A stretch of 64,000 nucleotides of DNA from Thermoanaerobaculia bacterium (GCA_036271335.1 DATBAW010000161.1:1255-65254), one strand, 5' to 3'; positions 1-8,098 are shown, numbered from the stretch's first letter. Numbers and translations: made by a program. Notes: generated by a model from the letters alone, not told the origin.

Positions 1-1373
1 AGAAGAACCCGCTGAACTCCCGGCTGGTGAAGAAGGACGGCAAGCTGGTCGAGGAGGTCTACCGCGCCGGCACGCCGGACGGCAAGGTGCCGCCCGGCCT
101 GTACGCCAGGCAGTTGCAGGCGGTCAACCGCGAGCTGGAAGCGGCCGCGAAGGCCGCCGATCCGGGCCTGGCCCAGGTGCTGCGCGCGCTGATCCGCTTC
201 TATCAGACCGGCGACCTCAAGGACTGGCACGACTACAACGTCCTCTGGATCAAGAACGACGAGTCGGTCGACTTCGCCTCCGGCTTCATCGAGGTCTATC
301 GCGACGCCCGCGGCATCAAGGGGTCGTCGCAGATGATCGTGGCGGTGGTCGACCAGCAGCTCGAGCCGCTGATGCGCCAGCTGGCGTCGAACGCCGTCTA
401 TTTCGAGCACAAGGCGCCGTGGGAGGAGCGGTTCAAGAAGCTCGACGTCAAGCCGCCGGTGGGCAAGGCGATCGAGACGCTGATCGCCAGCGGCGATTTC
501 GCCGTCGGGACGATCGGCGACAACCTGCCGAACGAGCAGGACGTCCGCGAGAAGTACGGCACCAAGAGCATCCTGATGTCCTCCTCGGTCAACGCCATCA
601 ACGCCACCCGCGGCGCCAGGGTGGCGATCGAGTTCTCGGACGATCCCGGCGAGGGACCCCTGGTCACCAAATATGGTCCGGTGGCGGACAACCTCCACAC
701 CGCCCTGCACGAGATCATCGGCCACGGCTCGGGCAAGGTGGTGGTGCCCAACGACCCCGCGACCTATCTGCGGGAGTACGCCTCGACCCTCGAGGAGGCG
801 CGGGCGGATCTGGTGGCCTACTGGAACATCTACGATCCGAAGCTGACCGAGCTCGGCGTGGCGGACGTCAAGGAGGTCGGCCGCGAGCTCTACCGCCAGC
901 TCGCGCGGGCGGGCCTGACGCCGCTCCGGAACTACGCCACCGGGGACATCGCCCAGGAGGACCACGACCGTTCGCGGCTGCTCGTCGCCAACTACCTGAT
1001 CGAGGCCGGCGCGCTGGAGAGGGTACAGAAGGACGGCCACTGGTACATCGACGTGAAGGACTACGACAAGGCGCACGAGGCGGTGGGCAAGCTGCTGGCC
1101 GAGATCATGCGGATCAAGGCCACCGGCGACTACGACGGCATCAAGGCGCTGGTCGACAAGTACGGCCTCCACTTCGACCCCGCGGTGCGCGACGACGTCA
1201 TTGCCCGGTATCAGAAGCTCAACCTGCCAATCTACCTCTCGGGCGTCTACTCGCACCTGGAGCCGGTGAAGGACAAGGCTGGCAAGGTGACGGAGATCGG
1301 GATCTCCTATCCGCGCGACTTCCTCGCCCAGCAGCTCGAATGGGCGCGGGAGAACGGGACGCTGGGGTTCTAG
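1..1373 (+). CDS. M49-family (dipeptidyl-peptidase III-like) zinc metallopeptidase, C-terminal part; 5' end lies outside the window
   Basis: Frame 3 is open from nt 3 (no stop before the tracked ORF 27..1373, whose first codon is GTG); stop TAG at 1371-1373. The translation contains HEIIGHGSGK (HExxGH) and, about 28 aa later, EEARADLVA (EExRAD), the paired zinc-binding signatures of bacterial M49 enzymes. The N-terminal part expected for the family is missing. Confidence 0.75.
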   Translation, partial: KNPLNSRLVKKDGKLVEEVYRAGTPDGKVPPGLYARQLQAVNRELEAAAKAADPGLAQVLRALIRFYQTGDLKDWHDYNVLWIKNDESVDFASGFIEVYRDARGIKGSSQMIVAVVDQQLEPLMRQLASNAVYFEHKAPWEERFKKLDVKPPVGKAIETLIASGDFAVGTIGDNLPNEQDVREKYGTKSILMSSSVNAINATRGARVAIEFSDDPGEGPLVTKYGPVADNLHTALHEIIGHGSGKVVVPNDPATYLREYASTLEEARADLVAYWNIYDPKLTELGVADVKEVGRELYRQLARAGLTPLRNYATGDIAQEDHDRSRLLVANYLIEAGALERVQKDGHWYIDVKDYDKAHEAVGKLLAEIMRIKATGDYDGIKALVDKYGLHFDPAVRDDVIARYQKLNLPIYLSGVYSHLEPVKDKAGKVTEIGISYPRDFLAQQLEWARENGTLGF

Positions 1374-1404
1374 GGTCGCCCCCAAGAGACGTCGGACGAA
1401 GGTT

Positions 1405-1475
1405 GTAGGGGCGCAGCATGCTGCGCCCTCGCCGTCGCCGTAACGGGAAAAGGGCGCAGCATGCTGCGCCCCTAC
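1405..1475. repeat. Inverted pair of 24-nt REP-like palindromic elements between convergent genes (possible bidirectional terminator)
   Basis: GTAGGGGCGCAGCATGCTGCGCCC at 1405-1428 and its exact reverse complement GGGCGCAGCATGCTGCGCCCCTAC at 1452-1475, separated by 23 nt. Each copy contains the perfect 20-nt palindrome GGGCGCAGCATGCTGCGCCC. The pair lies between the stop of the + strand M49 gene (1373) and the stop of the - strand glycosyltransferase gene (1502). Confidence 0.85.
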
Positions 1476-1501
1476 AGCTTCAGATTTCTCCTTCAGGGGC
1501 C

Positions 1502-3121
1502 CTACGACCGCCGCCAGCCGTTCACGCCACGCCGGTGCCGAAGCGGCAGGTGGTGCTGAGGTGGACGGCTGGGCGCCGCCCGCAGCCGGGTGGCTTCGAG
1601 ATCGAGGCTCGAGTTGCCGTACAGGGTGTAGGTCTTGCTCTCGGCCAGCACCTCGAAATCGGGGGCGGGCTGGAGGCCGTGGCCGACGCCCGGCAGTCGC
1701 GACAGCAGCGGCATCTCCGGGCTGGCGCCGAACGGCGGTCCGACGTCCGGGCCGTCGACGACGCGGTAGCCGTCCATCGCTTCGAGGATGAAGCGCTCCG
1801 AGTGATAGAGCGGCTTGGCGGCGCGCAGCGTCGTCCCGAGCTCCGCATGGCGGCTGCCCAGCGAGATCAGGAAGCGCTGGGAGTCCGGCATGCGGTCGCG
1901 GACGAGCACCCGCTGGAGCACCCGCGCCTCGCACAGGGCGAGCGGCAGGACGAAGAAGGCGAGGAGAGCGATGCCGCGCCGGGCCGGGGAGATCCGACCC
2001 AGCAGAGCGAGCACCGTGCAGGCGGTCGCCGCGGCGAGCGCCGGATAGAGTGGATCCAGGTACCAGTGGTGGTGGGTCCGCGCCACCGAAAACAGCACCA
2101 GGGGGACCGCGATCCAGAGCAGCAGCAGCGGCATCGCCCGCCGCCCCTTGACGCTCCAGCTTTCCCCCTCGCGCCGCCAGCCGGCGAGGCCGCGAGCCAG
2201 CAAGGCCCCGATCAGCAGCAGCGGCCAGGGGGCGAAACGGTCGAGCAGCGACGTCAGGTAGGTCCAGGTGCCGGTGCTCCCCTTGTCGATCTGCCGCGTC
2301 GAGCGGGCGAAGAGGTCCTCCCCCACCATCCGCTGGAGGAAGTAGGGCGTGCCGTCCACATGCCAGCGGAGCATCGCCCAGGCGCCGACCAGCGCCAGGA
2401 ACAGCGCCGCGCCACCGGCACAGGCGGTTGGGTTGAGGCGTCGCCAGGAGCCCGTCCAGCCGAGGTAGAGCACGGCGACGAGCAGGATCGGCAGGATGGC
2501 GAAGCTCTTGAGCAGGAAACCGATCGCCAGCAGCCCCGCGAAGGCGATCACCCGGCCCGGCGAACCGGCGAGGCGCGGCACCTGGCAGATCGTGAGGAGC
2601 AGCACGAAGGTGAGCGCGGAATCGAGGTCGCCGCTGCGGGCGCCATGGTGGCTGAAAAAGCCGAAGGTGGTCGCCACGATCAGCCCGGCGGCGAGCGCCA
2701 CCCGGCGGTTCAGGGTCCGCCGGCAGAAGGCCATGGTGAGCGCCACGGTGCCGATGGCGAAGAGCGCCGAGGGGAGCCGCAGGGTGAGGGGGGACACGCC
2801 GAACAGGTAGAAGGCGAGCGCCATCGGCCAGTAGCCGAGCGGCGGCTTCAGGTTCCAGTACTCGGGCTGGCCGGCGTAGGTGGTGACGAGGAACGAGCGG
2901 TTCTGCACCATCTCATAGGCGGAGACGCCGTAGCGCGCCTCGTCGGAATCGTCGATCCGGCTCTGCCCCAGCCCCACGAAGACGTTGAAGGCGGTGAACA
3001 GCAGCACGATCAGGACGCAGAGCGCGTACTGCCGCACCGCCAACCGGCCCAGGCGGGCCGCGAAGCCAATGGCGGGAGCGTCGGCGCGGGGAGCCGAAGA
3101 CAAGCGGAGATCGGAAATCAT
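1502..3121 (-). CDS. GT-C fold glycosyltransferase, family 39/83 type (ArnT / PMT-like, polyprenyl-phosphate-sugar dependent)
   Basis: 539-aa ORF with a strongly polytopic hydrophobic profile. An acidic first extracytoplasmic loop (IDDSDEARYGVSAYEM) follows TM1, then KPPLGYWPMA and repeated TM segments, as in ArnT/PMT-type enzymes. The overlapping + strand ORF 1418..3298 is an antisense artefact. Confidence 0.75.
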   Translation of the reverse strand: MISDLRLSSAPRADAPAIGFAARLGRLAVRQYALCVLIVLLFTAFNVFVGLGQSRIDDSDEARYGVSAYEMVQNRSFLVTTYAGQPEYWNLKPPLGYWPMALAFYLFGVSPLTLRLPSALFAIGTVALTMAFCRRTLNRRVALAAGLIVATTFGFFSHHGARSGDLDSALTFVLLLTICQVPRLAGSPGRVIAFAGLLAIGFLLKSFAILPILLVAVLYLGWTGSWRRLNPTACAGGAALFLALVGAWAMLRWHVDGTPYFLQRMVGEDLFARSTRQIDKGSTGTWTYLTSLLDRFAPWPLLLIGALLARGLAGWRREGESWSVKGRRAMPLLLLWIAVPLVLFSVARTHHHWYLDPLYPALAAATACTVLALLGRISPARRGIALLAFFVLPLALCEARVLQRVLVRDRMPDSQRFLISLGSRHAELGTTLRAAKPLYHSERFILEAMDGYRVVDGPDVGPPFGASPEMPLLSRLPGVGHGLQPAPDFEVLAESKTYTLYGNSSLDLEATRLRAAPSRPPQHHLPLRHRRGVNGWRRS

Positions 3122-3255
3122 GGATCGAGCGAACCTATCGAACGGCTGGAGCGTCCCGCCTCGGCGCGGCGATCGCCTTACAACCCTTACAATTCCCCTC
3201 GATCATACTCCTGCCCCGGCCGTCCCTCAAGCGCAATGGGGAGGTGCCGGAGGCG

Positions 3256-3534
3256 TCAGGCCAGGGCGGCCCGATACTTTTCGTGGCGGTCGATGTAGAC
3301 GCGGACGAACCAGCAGGAGGGCACGACCTTGAGGCCGCGCGCCAGGACGTCGTCCAGGGCGTGGCGGACGAGCTCGTCGGCGACCCCGCGTCCCCGGAGC
3401 TCGGGGGGAACGTAGGTGTGGAAGAAGTTGAGCCGCCCCTCGCCGGCAGGCCCGTACTCGCAGACCGACTCGAAGCCGTCGACCACCGCGTAGTACTTGC
3501 CGGCCCCCTCGTCATGCTTCACGTCGATGTCCAT
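3256..3534 (-). CDS. Small GNAT-like N-acetyltransferase domain protein (YjdJ / Acetyltransf_CG type)
   Basis: 92-aa ORF. The pattern ...YAVVDG...L(N)FFHTYVPPELRGRGVADELVRHALDDVLARGLKVVPSCWFVRVYIDRHEKY matches the short single-domain GNAT family (H-T-x-V-P-x-x-L-R-G-x-G-I/V-A ... V-x-P-x-C-x-F-V). Confidence 0.7.
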   Translation of the reverse strand: MDIDVKHDEGAGKYYAVVDGFESVCEYGPAGEGRLNFFHTYVPPELRGRGVADELVRHALDDVLARGLKVVPSCWFVRVYIDRHEKYRAALA

Positions 3535-3604
3535 TCGTCATCCTCCCAGCCATCAGCCTACGGCTATTGCAATCCGCCCGCCAGCCCGGACCGCTCGCCG
3601 GCGC

Positions 3605-3655
3605 CGCTTGAGATATAATTGATTGAGAACATACGGACAGTTAAGACAGGAGGGA
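3605..3655 (+). promoter_or_regulatory. AT-rich promoter island plus ribosome-binding site for the 3660..3935 ORF
   Basis: Perfect TATAAT at 3614-3619 inside the only markedly AT-rich stretch of the left flank (cttgagatataattgattgagaacatac). AGGAGG at 3648-3653 lies 6 nt before the ATG at 3660. No convincing -35 hexamer at 17-nt spacing. Confidence 0.3.
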
Positions 3656-3659
3656 TCCC

Positions 3660-3935
3660 ATGTCGAACAGTATCGTCGAGAACGGCGTGAAGCTGGTGGG
3701 CGAAAGGTTCCTGCCGGGAACCAGTCTGATGATCGACGGCAACATCAAGGGCGGCCTGGCGCACGCGGCCCTCGGAGTCGTGGCACTGGCGACACTCGGC
3801 CCCCTGGGCTGGTTCGCCGTCGCGGCCGACTCCTACGCCAAGTCGGTCACCGGCAAGGGGCTGCTCGATCATCTTTCAGCCGGCGCGCCGGCGAGCCCGC
3901 CGGTCCCGGCGGCGGTCGTGGACGAGGCGGCTTGA
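3660..3935 (+). CDS. Hypothetical small protein (91 aa) with one central hydrophobic segment
   Basis: ATG preceded by a strong AGGAGG RBS. The central segment is GGLAHAALGVVALATLGPLGWFAVAA. No motif I can assign to a family. Confidence 0.55.
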   Translation: MSNSIVENGVKLVGERFLPGTSLMIDGNIKGGLAHAALGVVALATLGPLGWFAVAADSYAKSVTGKGLLDHLSAGAPASPPVPAAVVDEAA

Positions 3936-3955
3936 CGCCCGACCCGAAGCAGAGT

Positions 3956-4030
3956 TGGTATCCCCAACGGGATTCGAACCCGTGTTGCCGCCTTGAAAGG
4001 GCGGAGTCCTGACCACTAGACGATGGGGAC
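3956..4030 (-). tRNA. tRNA-Glu (anticodon UUC), CCA encoded
   Basis: Reverse complement reads GTCCCCATCGTCTAGTGGTCAGGACTCCGCCCTTTCAAGGCGGCAACACGGGTTCGAATCCCGTTGGGGATACCA (75 nt). It has a 7-bp acceptor stem (GTCCCCA/TGGGGAT), an anticodon stem CCGCC/GGCGG with loop CTTTCAA (anticodon TTC), and the T-arm GGGTTCGAATCCC. Confidence 0.95.
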
Positions 4031-4124
4031 CCGGAGGACTTTGGTCGCCGCGAACGCGGCAAACCGGCGCTAAATGTACCACAGGAGGACTCGCGGCCGC
4101 TGGGTCGCGAGCCCTCCGCCTCCG

Positions 4125-6392
4125 CTACAGAACGACCTTCCGGCTCACCAGGGTCATGTCACCATCCTGAATCGGCGAGGCCCAGGCTGGCCGCGCCCGG
4201 AGCAGCGCGGCTCCCGCCGAGGGCAGCCCCCCGGAGCGATCGATCAGATACCAGTCGTGCGGCTGGCTCGCGTCGAGCACCAGATCGAGATCGATCCCCT
4301 CGGCCGACAGCCCCAGGATCTGGAGGATCCGGAAGGGTCCGGACGTATCCGGCAGGGACACCGGGCGGTCCCCCAGCCGCGCCGTTTCGAGCAGGGACGC
4401 CGCCGGAACGAAGACCAGCGTGCTCGTCGCTCCCCTGGGCGAGGCCAGATGAAGGAGGAGATGGCGCTTGCCCCCGGAAGTCTCGTCGTGCACGACGGTG
4501 AGGGTCGGCGGCGCCAGCGTCTGGCCGGGCGCGGGCGCGGCGTAGGACCGGCTCGCCGGCGACGACCAGGGGAAGGCGGGGGCCGGCTGGCCGAAGGAGG
4601 CGGCGCGCAGCACGGCGGGAGGCACCGCCGGCGGCGTGTTGATCAGCCAGCGGGCCTGCCCTGTCCCGGCGTCCTGGTGGAAGGTGAGGTTGAGACGGCT
4701 CGGCGACTCCGGCGAATAGGCCGGCAGGATCACGGCGGCCGCGGCGAAGGCCAGCGCCGCGACCAGCGCGCCGCCGGCGAGGAGCCGCCGTGCTCCCGTC
4801 CCGGCGGTGGCGCCGAGCGGCAGGATCGCCGTCAGGACGATCGCCAGCAGGGTCCCGAGCAGCCAGAGCACCGGGCTCCCCAGGCCGTCGTAGAACAGGA
4901 CCAGGAGGGGAAACCAGATGGCGCCGGCGACGAGGACCGGCACGGCGACCGCCGCGAAGCGCGCGCGGGGCAGGAACAGGCCGGCGAGCCCGGCGGCGAA
5001 GGTGGGGACGATGAGCAGGTAGGACGCCCCGGGCAGCAGGAGCGCGGTGACCAGCCCGAGCAGGCCCCAGACCAGCCAGCCGCCGAGCCACGCGCCGAAG
5101 AACCCGGCGCGCGCGAACCAGCCGGCTGCCGCGACGGCCACCGCCAGCGCCAGCAACCAGAACGCCGCCTGCCCGGGGAACCCGTGGGCGGGCCAGGGCG
5201 CGGTGAGGCCACCCACCAGCCGGATCAGAAACGAGAGGGCGAAACTGGCCACCGCCCCGACGATGACGACGGCCCACCAGGCCAGGAAGCCGCGGAGGAT
5301 CTCGCCCGCCGTCGCCAGCCCGCGCAGACGGACGGCCGCGACGATGACCAGGAGCAGGGCTGCCGCGGCGAGGATCAGCCCCCAGGACGCCGGCCAGCCG
5401 GCGGTCCACAGGCCCAGGACGTCGAAGAAGACGGCCTGCCCGCTATGGGGATGTTCGAGATCCGCGTTGGCCAGCGCCCGCACGGTGGCCAGCGCATTCT
5501 CGCCGTGATGCTGCAAGCTGGCGAGAGAGGCGTTCGCCAGGTTGTCGAGCGGCGTGTGGTATTGCGCCGGATGGCCGATGAACGCGAAGTTGTAGCCGGA
5601 GATGCCACGGCGCTTGAAGACCGAGAAGTCCGTGTCGTTCGGCAGATACTCGTAGAGCGTCGAAAAGATCGAGCTGGTGCGCGGGTGAGGGACGGAGCTG
5701 AACAGGGGGAGCAGCCAGGCGTTGGCCTTGCCCGTCTCGAACATCAGGCTGGGCCCCGACGTGCCGCGAGCCTCCAGATTGACCATCGCCTTGATGCGCG
5801 CGGCTTCCGGGCTCTTGTCCAGGAATCCCCGGGCTCCCAGCAGGCCCCCCTCCTCTCCCTCGTCGAGCAGGAAGACGACCGAGTGGCGGAGCTGCGGCCC
5901 GGCCTTGAGCATGCGGGCGACCTCCAGCGTCGCCGCGACTCCCGCGAGGTCGTCCGAAACGCCGGGTCCCGCCTCGACCGAGTCGTAGTGACTGGCCAGA
6001 AGCACCGCGCTGCCCGGATCCTTCCCCGGCAACTCGGCGACGAGGTTCCGGACCGAGGTGCAGACCCCGTAGTCCAGGCAGACCAGGTCCTGCTCCTCGT
6101 GGACGTCGTAGCCTGCGCTCCGCAGCTCGGCGGCCACCTGCTGGCGGGTCCGCGCCTCGGCGGCGCTCCCCACCGGGTGGGGCGCGCCGTCGCCGGCGAG
6201 GCGGGCCAGGATGGCATGGGCGCGGCCGGCGGAGAACTCCCCCGGCGGCGCGCTCGCCGGCTGTGGCGCCGGTGGCGCCAGCCGCACGATGGCCAGGCCC
6301 AGCATCAGGAGCAGCAGGATCAGGATGCCGGGCAGCGCCCAGCCGGCTGCCGGTTCGGTCGTTTCCCGCGCGCGACTACGGTCGTTGATCAT
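4125..6392 (-). CDS. Membrane-embedded M28-family zinc aminopeptidase (N-terminal anchor + M28 domain + multi-TM C-terminal region)
   Basis: 755-aa ORF with an N-terminal TM segment (WALPGILILLLLMLGLAIV). M28 signatures are present: LLASHYDSVEAGPGVSDDLAGVA (H-x-D, D), VVFLLDEGEEGGLLGARGF (EE) and VNLEARG. About 8-9 hydrophobic helices follow between residues ~330 and 560. The ATG lies 13 nt after the stop of the upstream hydroxylase gene, with AAGGGA in front. Confidence 0.8.
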   Translation of the reverse strand: MINDRSRARETTEPAAGWALPGILILLLLMLGLAIVRLAPPAPQPASAPPGEFSAGRAHAILARLAGDGAPHPVGSAAEARTRQQVAAELRSAGYDVHEEQDLVCLDYGVCTSVRNLVAELPGKDPGSAVLLASHYDSVEAGPGVSDDLAGVAATLEVARMLKAGPQLRHSVVFLLDEGEEGGLLGARGFLDKSPEAARIKAMVNLEARGTSGPSLMFETGKANAWLLPLFSSVPHPRTSSIFSTLYEYLPNDTDFSVFKRRGISGYNFAFIGHPAQYHTPLDNLANASLASLQHHGENALATVRALANADLEHPHSGQAVFFDVLGLWTAGWPASWGLILAAAALLLVIVAAVRLRGLATAGEILRGFLAWWAVVIVGAVASFALSFLIRLVGGLTAPWPAHGFPGQAAFWLLALAVAVAAAGWFARAGFFGAWLGGWLVWGLLGLVTALLLPGASYLLIVPTFAAGLAGLFLPRARFAAVAVPVLVAGAIWFPLLVLFYDGLGSPVLWLLGTLLAIVLTAILPLGATAGTGARRLLAGGALVAALAFAAAAVILPAYSPESPSRLNLTFHQDAGTGQARWLINTPPAVPPAVLRAASFGQPAPAFPWSSPASRSYAAPAPGQTLAPPTLTVVHDETSGGKRHLLLHLASPRGATSTLVFVPAASLLETARLGDRPVSLPDTSGPFRILQILGLSAEGIDLDLVLDASQPHDWYLIDRSGGLPSAGAALLRARPAWASPIQDGDMTLVSRKVVL

Positions 6393-6405
6393 GGAATCCC
6401 TTCTG

Positions 6406-7998
6406 TCACGAGACCAGGATCTCCTTCTCGCCGAACAGCCGCTCCGCCAGGATGCCCCGGCTCCTGCACTCCTCGATCAAGCGGTTGGAGGCGACGATCG
6501 GATTCGACTGGTCGGTATATTTGACGCTCATCACGTAGTTGAGCCAGGGCTCCTGGCCCATGGCGTAGACGTAGACTTCCTTGCAGTGGAACCGCTCGAT
6601 GATCGACCAGCCGCGCTCGTAGTTCGAGCCGGCCAGACGGCGGCTCTGGTCCATCTTGCGATCCAGCGGCTGGGTGAGCAGCGGGCCGTAGACCCAGCTT
6701 AAGGGGGCGCCGTCGCACTCCATGCCCAGAAACAGCACGTCGATATCGCCGACGATCTCGTGGATGCGGTCGTAGAGCTGCGGGTCGATGTTGCAGGAAT
6801 CGGCGGCGAACATCAGGGAGTATTCGCCGAAGCGGCAGAGGTATGCCAGCTTGGTCCGGATGTTCAGGTCGGCGTGCTCGCCGAGGAAGGGGAGGCCGGT
6901 GATCGAGCAGTCTCCGGACGTGAGGGTCTCCATCTCGTCGAGCTCGATGACGTTCTGGAAACCGATCCTCTGCAGCATCAGGCGCAGGGACGGATCCTGC
7001 AGCGCGCCGCCGCCATTGCGGGGGACCACGATGTTGCGGACCTTGTGCCGCAGCTGGAGCATCGTCTCGATGAGGATGTGATCCTGATGGTTGTGGGTGA
7101 TCAGGACGTAGTCGATCACCTCCGGCAGGTCGTCGTAGGTATAGCGCGAGATGTTGTTCTCGTAGGTGTAGCTGAGCACCGGATCGAGCAGGATGTTGAC
7201 CTTGCCGATCTCGAGCAGGATGCAGGCGTGGCCGAAGTAGCGCCAGCGCATCCCCGAGCCCTCGTACGCGGGATAGGAGCGCGGGCGCTCGGGGGTGAGG
7301 AAGGTGCCGAAGGTCTCATCGAGCTCGTCGGGGAGCTCGAGCGCCTCCTTGATCTCCGCGAAGGTCCGGGGCTCCGTCTTCATCCGGAAGAGCTGGTCGA
7401 TCCCCCCGTGCGAGAAAGGGATCCGCAGATGGACGTCGCCGGCCTCGGGAAGCCGGGGCGTGCTCAGCACGAACGGCCGGTCGTCCTGATTGATCAGCGA
7501 CAGGGCCAGCGACTGGGTGGACGGATCGTAGTACCGGCTCTGGTAGAGCAGGGGCTCGATGAAGCGGAACGAGGGGTGGTTGTTCAGGTCGTAGACCAGC
7601 TCCACATAACCCCGCAGGGCCTCGGGGATCTCACTGTAGAGCGGCTCCATCGAGTAGCCCTTCGCCTTGCTCCGCAGGATCTCGTCGAGCCGGTTGATCG
7701 CGCCGGCGAGCTCGAGCAGCTGCGCCCGGGTCTGCTCGGTGCGCGCGATGAGCTCCTGGATCTCGTTCACGCGCACCGATTTGTAATCGATGAACGGTCC
7801 GCCCAGCATCGCGGGATTCTTCACCGCCGCGGCATGGACCTGCGGCGCCCGGATGTAGGACTTCATGATCGAGAGATGGCGGCCGATGATGTTCATCGCC
7901 GCCGTCGCGGGAGACACCAGGTGGGCCCAGGCGTACCAGGAATCGATCAGCGGCTCCATGACGACGTTCGACTTGAGATAGAGCGGTTCTGCGGACAT
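6406..7998 (-). CDS. CmlA-like non-heme diiron beta-hydroxylase (N-terminal domain + metallo-beta-lactamase fold), expected to act on carrier-tethered amino acids
   Basis: The ORF track gives 6406..8073 (TTG start). I prefer the ATG at 7998 (MSAEPLYLK...) because GGGAGAG lies 7 nt upstream and this gives 530 aa. HxHxDH motif in VLITHNHQDHI, with downstream acidic/His candidates (FLGEHAD, FAADSC, FLGMECDG). A ~250-aa N-terminal extension precedes the MBL fold, the layout of the CmlA family rather than of plain MBL hydrolases. Location is directly downstream of the NRPS operon. Confidence 0.6.
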   Translation of the reverse strand: MSAEPLYLKSNVVMEPLIDSWYAWAHLVSPATAAMNIIGRHLSIMKSYIRAPQVHAAAVKNPAMLGGPFIDYKSVRVNEIQELIARTEQTRAQLLELAGAINRLDEILRSKAKGYSMEPLYSEIPEALRGYVELVYDLNNHPSFRFIEPLLYQSRYYDPSTQSLALSLINQDDRPFVLSTPRLPEAGDVHLRIPFSHGGIDQLFRMKTEPRTFAEIKEALELPDELDETFGTFLTPERPRSYPAYEGSGMRWRYFGHACILLEIGKVNILLDPVLSYTYENNISRYTYDDLPEVIDYVLITHNHQDHILIETMLQLRHKVRNIVVPRNGGGALQDPSLRLMLQRIGFQNVIELDEMETLTSGDCSITGLPFLGEHADLNIRTKLAYLCRFGEYSLMFAADSCNIDPQLYDRIHEIVGDIDVLFLGMECDGAPLSWVYGPLLTQPLDRKMDQSRRLAGSNYERGWSIIERFHCKEVYVYAMGQEPWLNYVMSVKYTDQSNPIVASNRLIEECRSRGILAERLFGEKEILVS

Positions 7999-8075
7999 CT
8001 TGCTGCTCTCCCACTTGTGCTCCAGCGCGTCGATCCAGCCGCGCGGGATGATCTTTAGAAACCGGCATGTCAAGG

Positions 8076-8098
8076 GGGCGGCTCCGCCGGAGCCGCCC
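8076..8098 (-). terminator. GC-rich hairpin after the M13 peptidase gene (weak intrinsic-terminator candidate)
   Basis: gggcggctcc (8076-8085) pairs perfectly with ggagccgccc (8089-8098) across a 3-nt loop, 12 nt after the TGA at 8110-8112. No clear U-tract follows on the transcribed strand, hence low confidence. Confidence 0.3.

Noticed and set aside
3956-4030. tRNA-Glu as the attachment site of a genomic island carrying the NRPS cluster.
   Set aside because: No integrase or recombinase ORF and no direct repeat of the tRNA 3' end was seen in the window. The cluster lies on the 5' side of the tRNA, whereas islands normally insert at the 3' end. I treat it only as a likely cluster boundary.
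4074-6524. Plus-strand 816-aa ORF, and 8104..10404 (766 aa), 6760..8058 (432 aa) and 1418..3298 (626 aa), opposite the peptidase, hydroxylase and glycosyltransferase genes.
   Set aside because: Same antisense-register artefact and low-complexity composition; the opposite strand encodes recognisable M28, M13, MBL-fold and GT-C proteins.
6406-7998. Visibly lower overall G+C of the hydroxylase gene, as a hint of horizontal acquisition.
   Set aside because: Third codon positions remain overwhelmingly G/C, as in the neighbouring genes. The lower G+C comes from amino-acid composition (more Ile, Tyr, Asn, Lys, Phe), not from foreign codon usage.
7999-8074. TTG start at 8073 for the hydroxylase gene, and a TTGACA hexamer (8068-8073, minus strand) as its -35 box.
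   Set aside because: The TTG is itself part of the TTGACA and lacks an RBS, whereas the ATG at 7998 has GGGAGAG upstream. No acceptable -10 hexamer lies 16-18 nt downstream of the TTGACA (only TAAAGA at about 10-11 nt). I therefore do not call a promoter.
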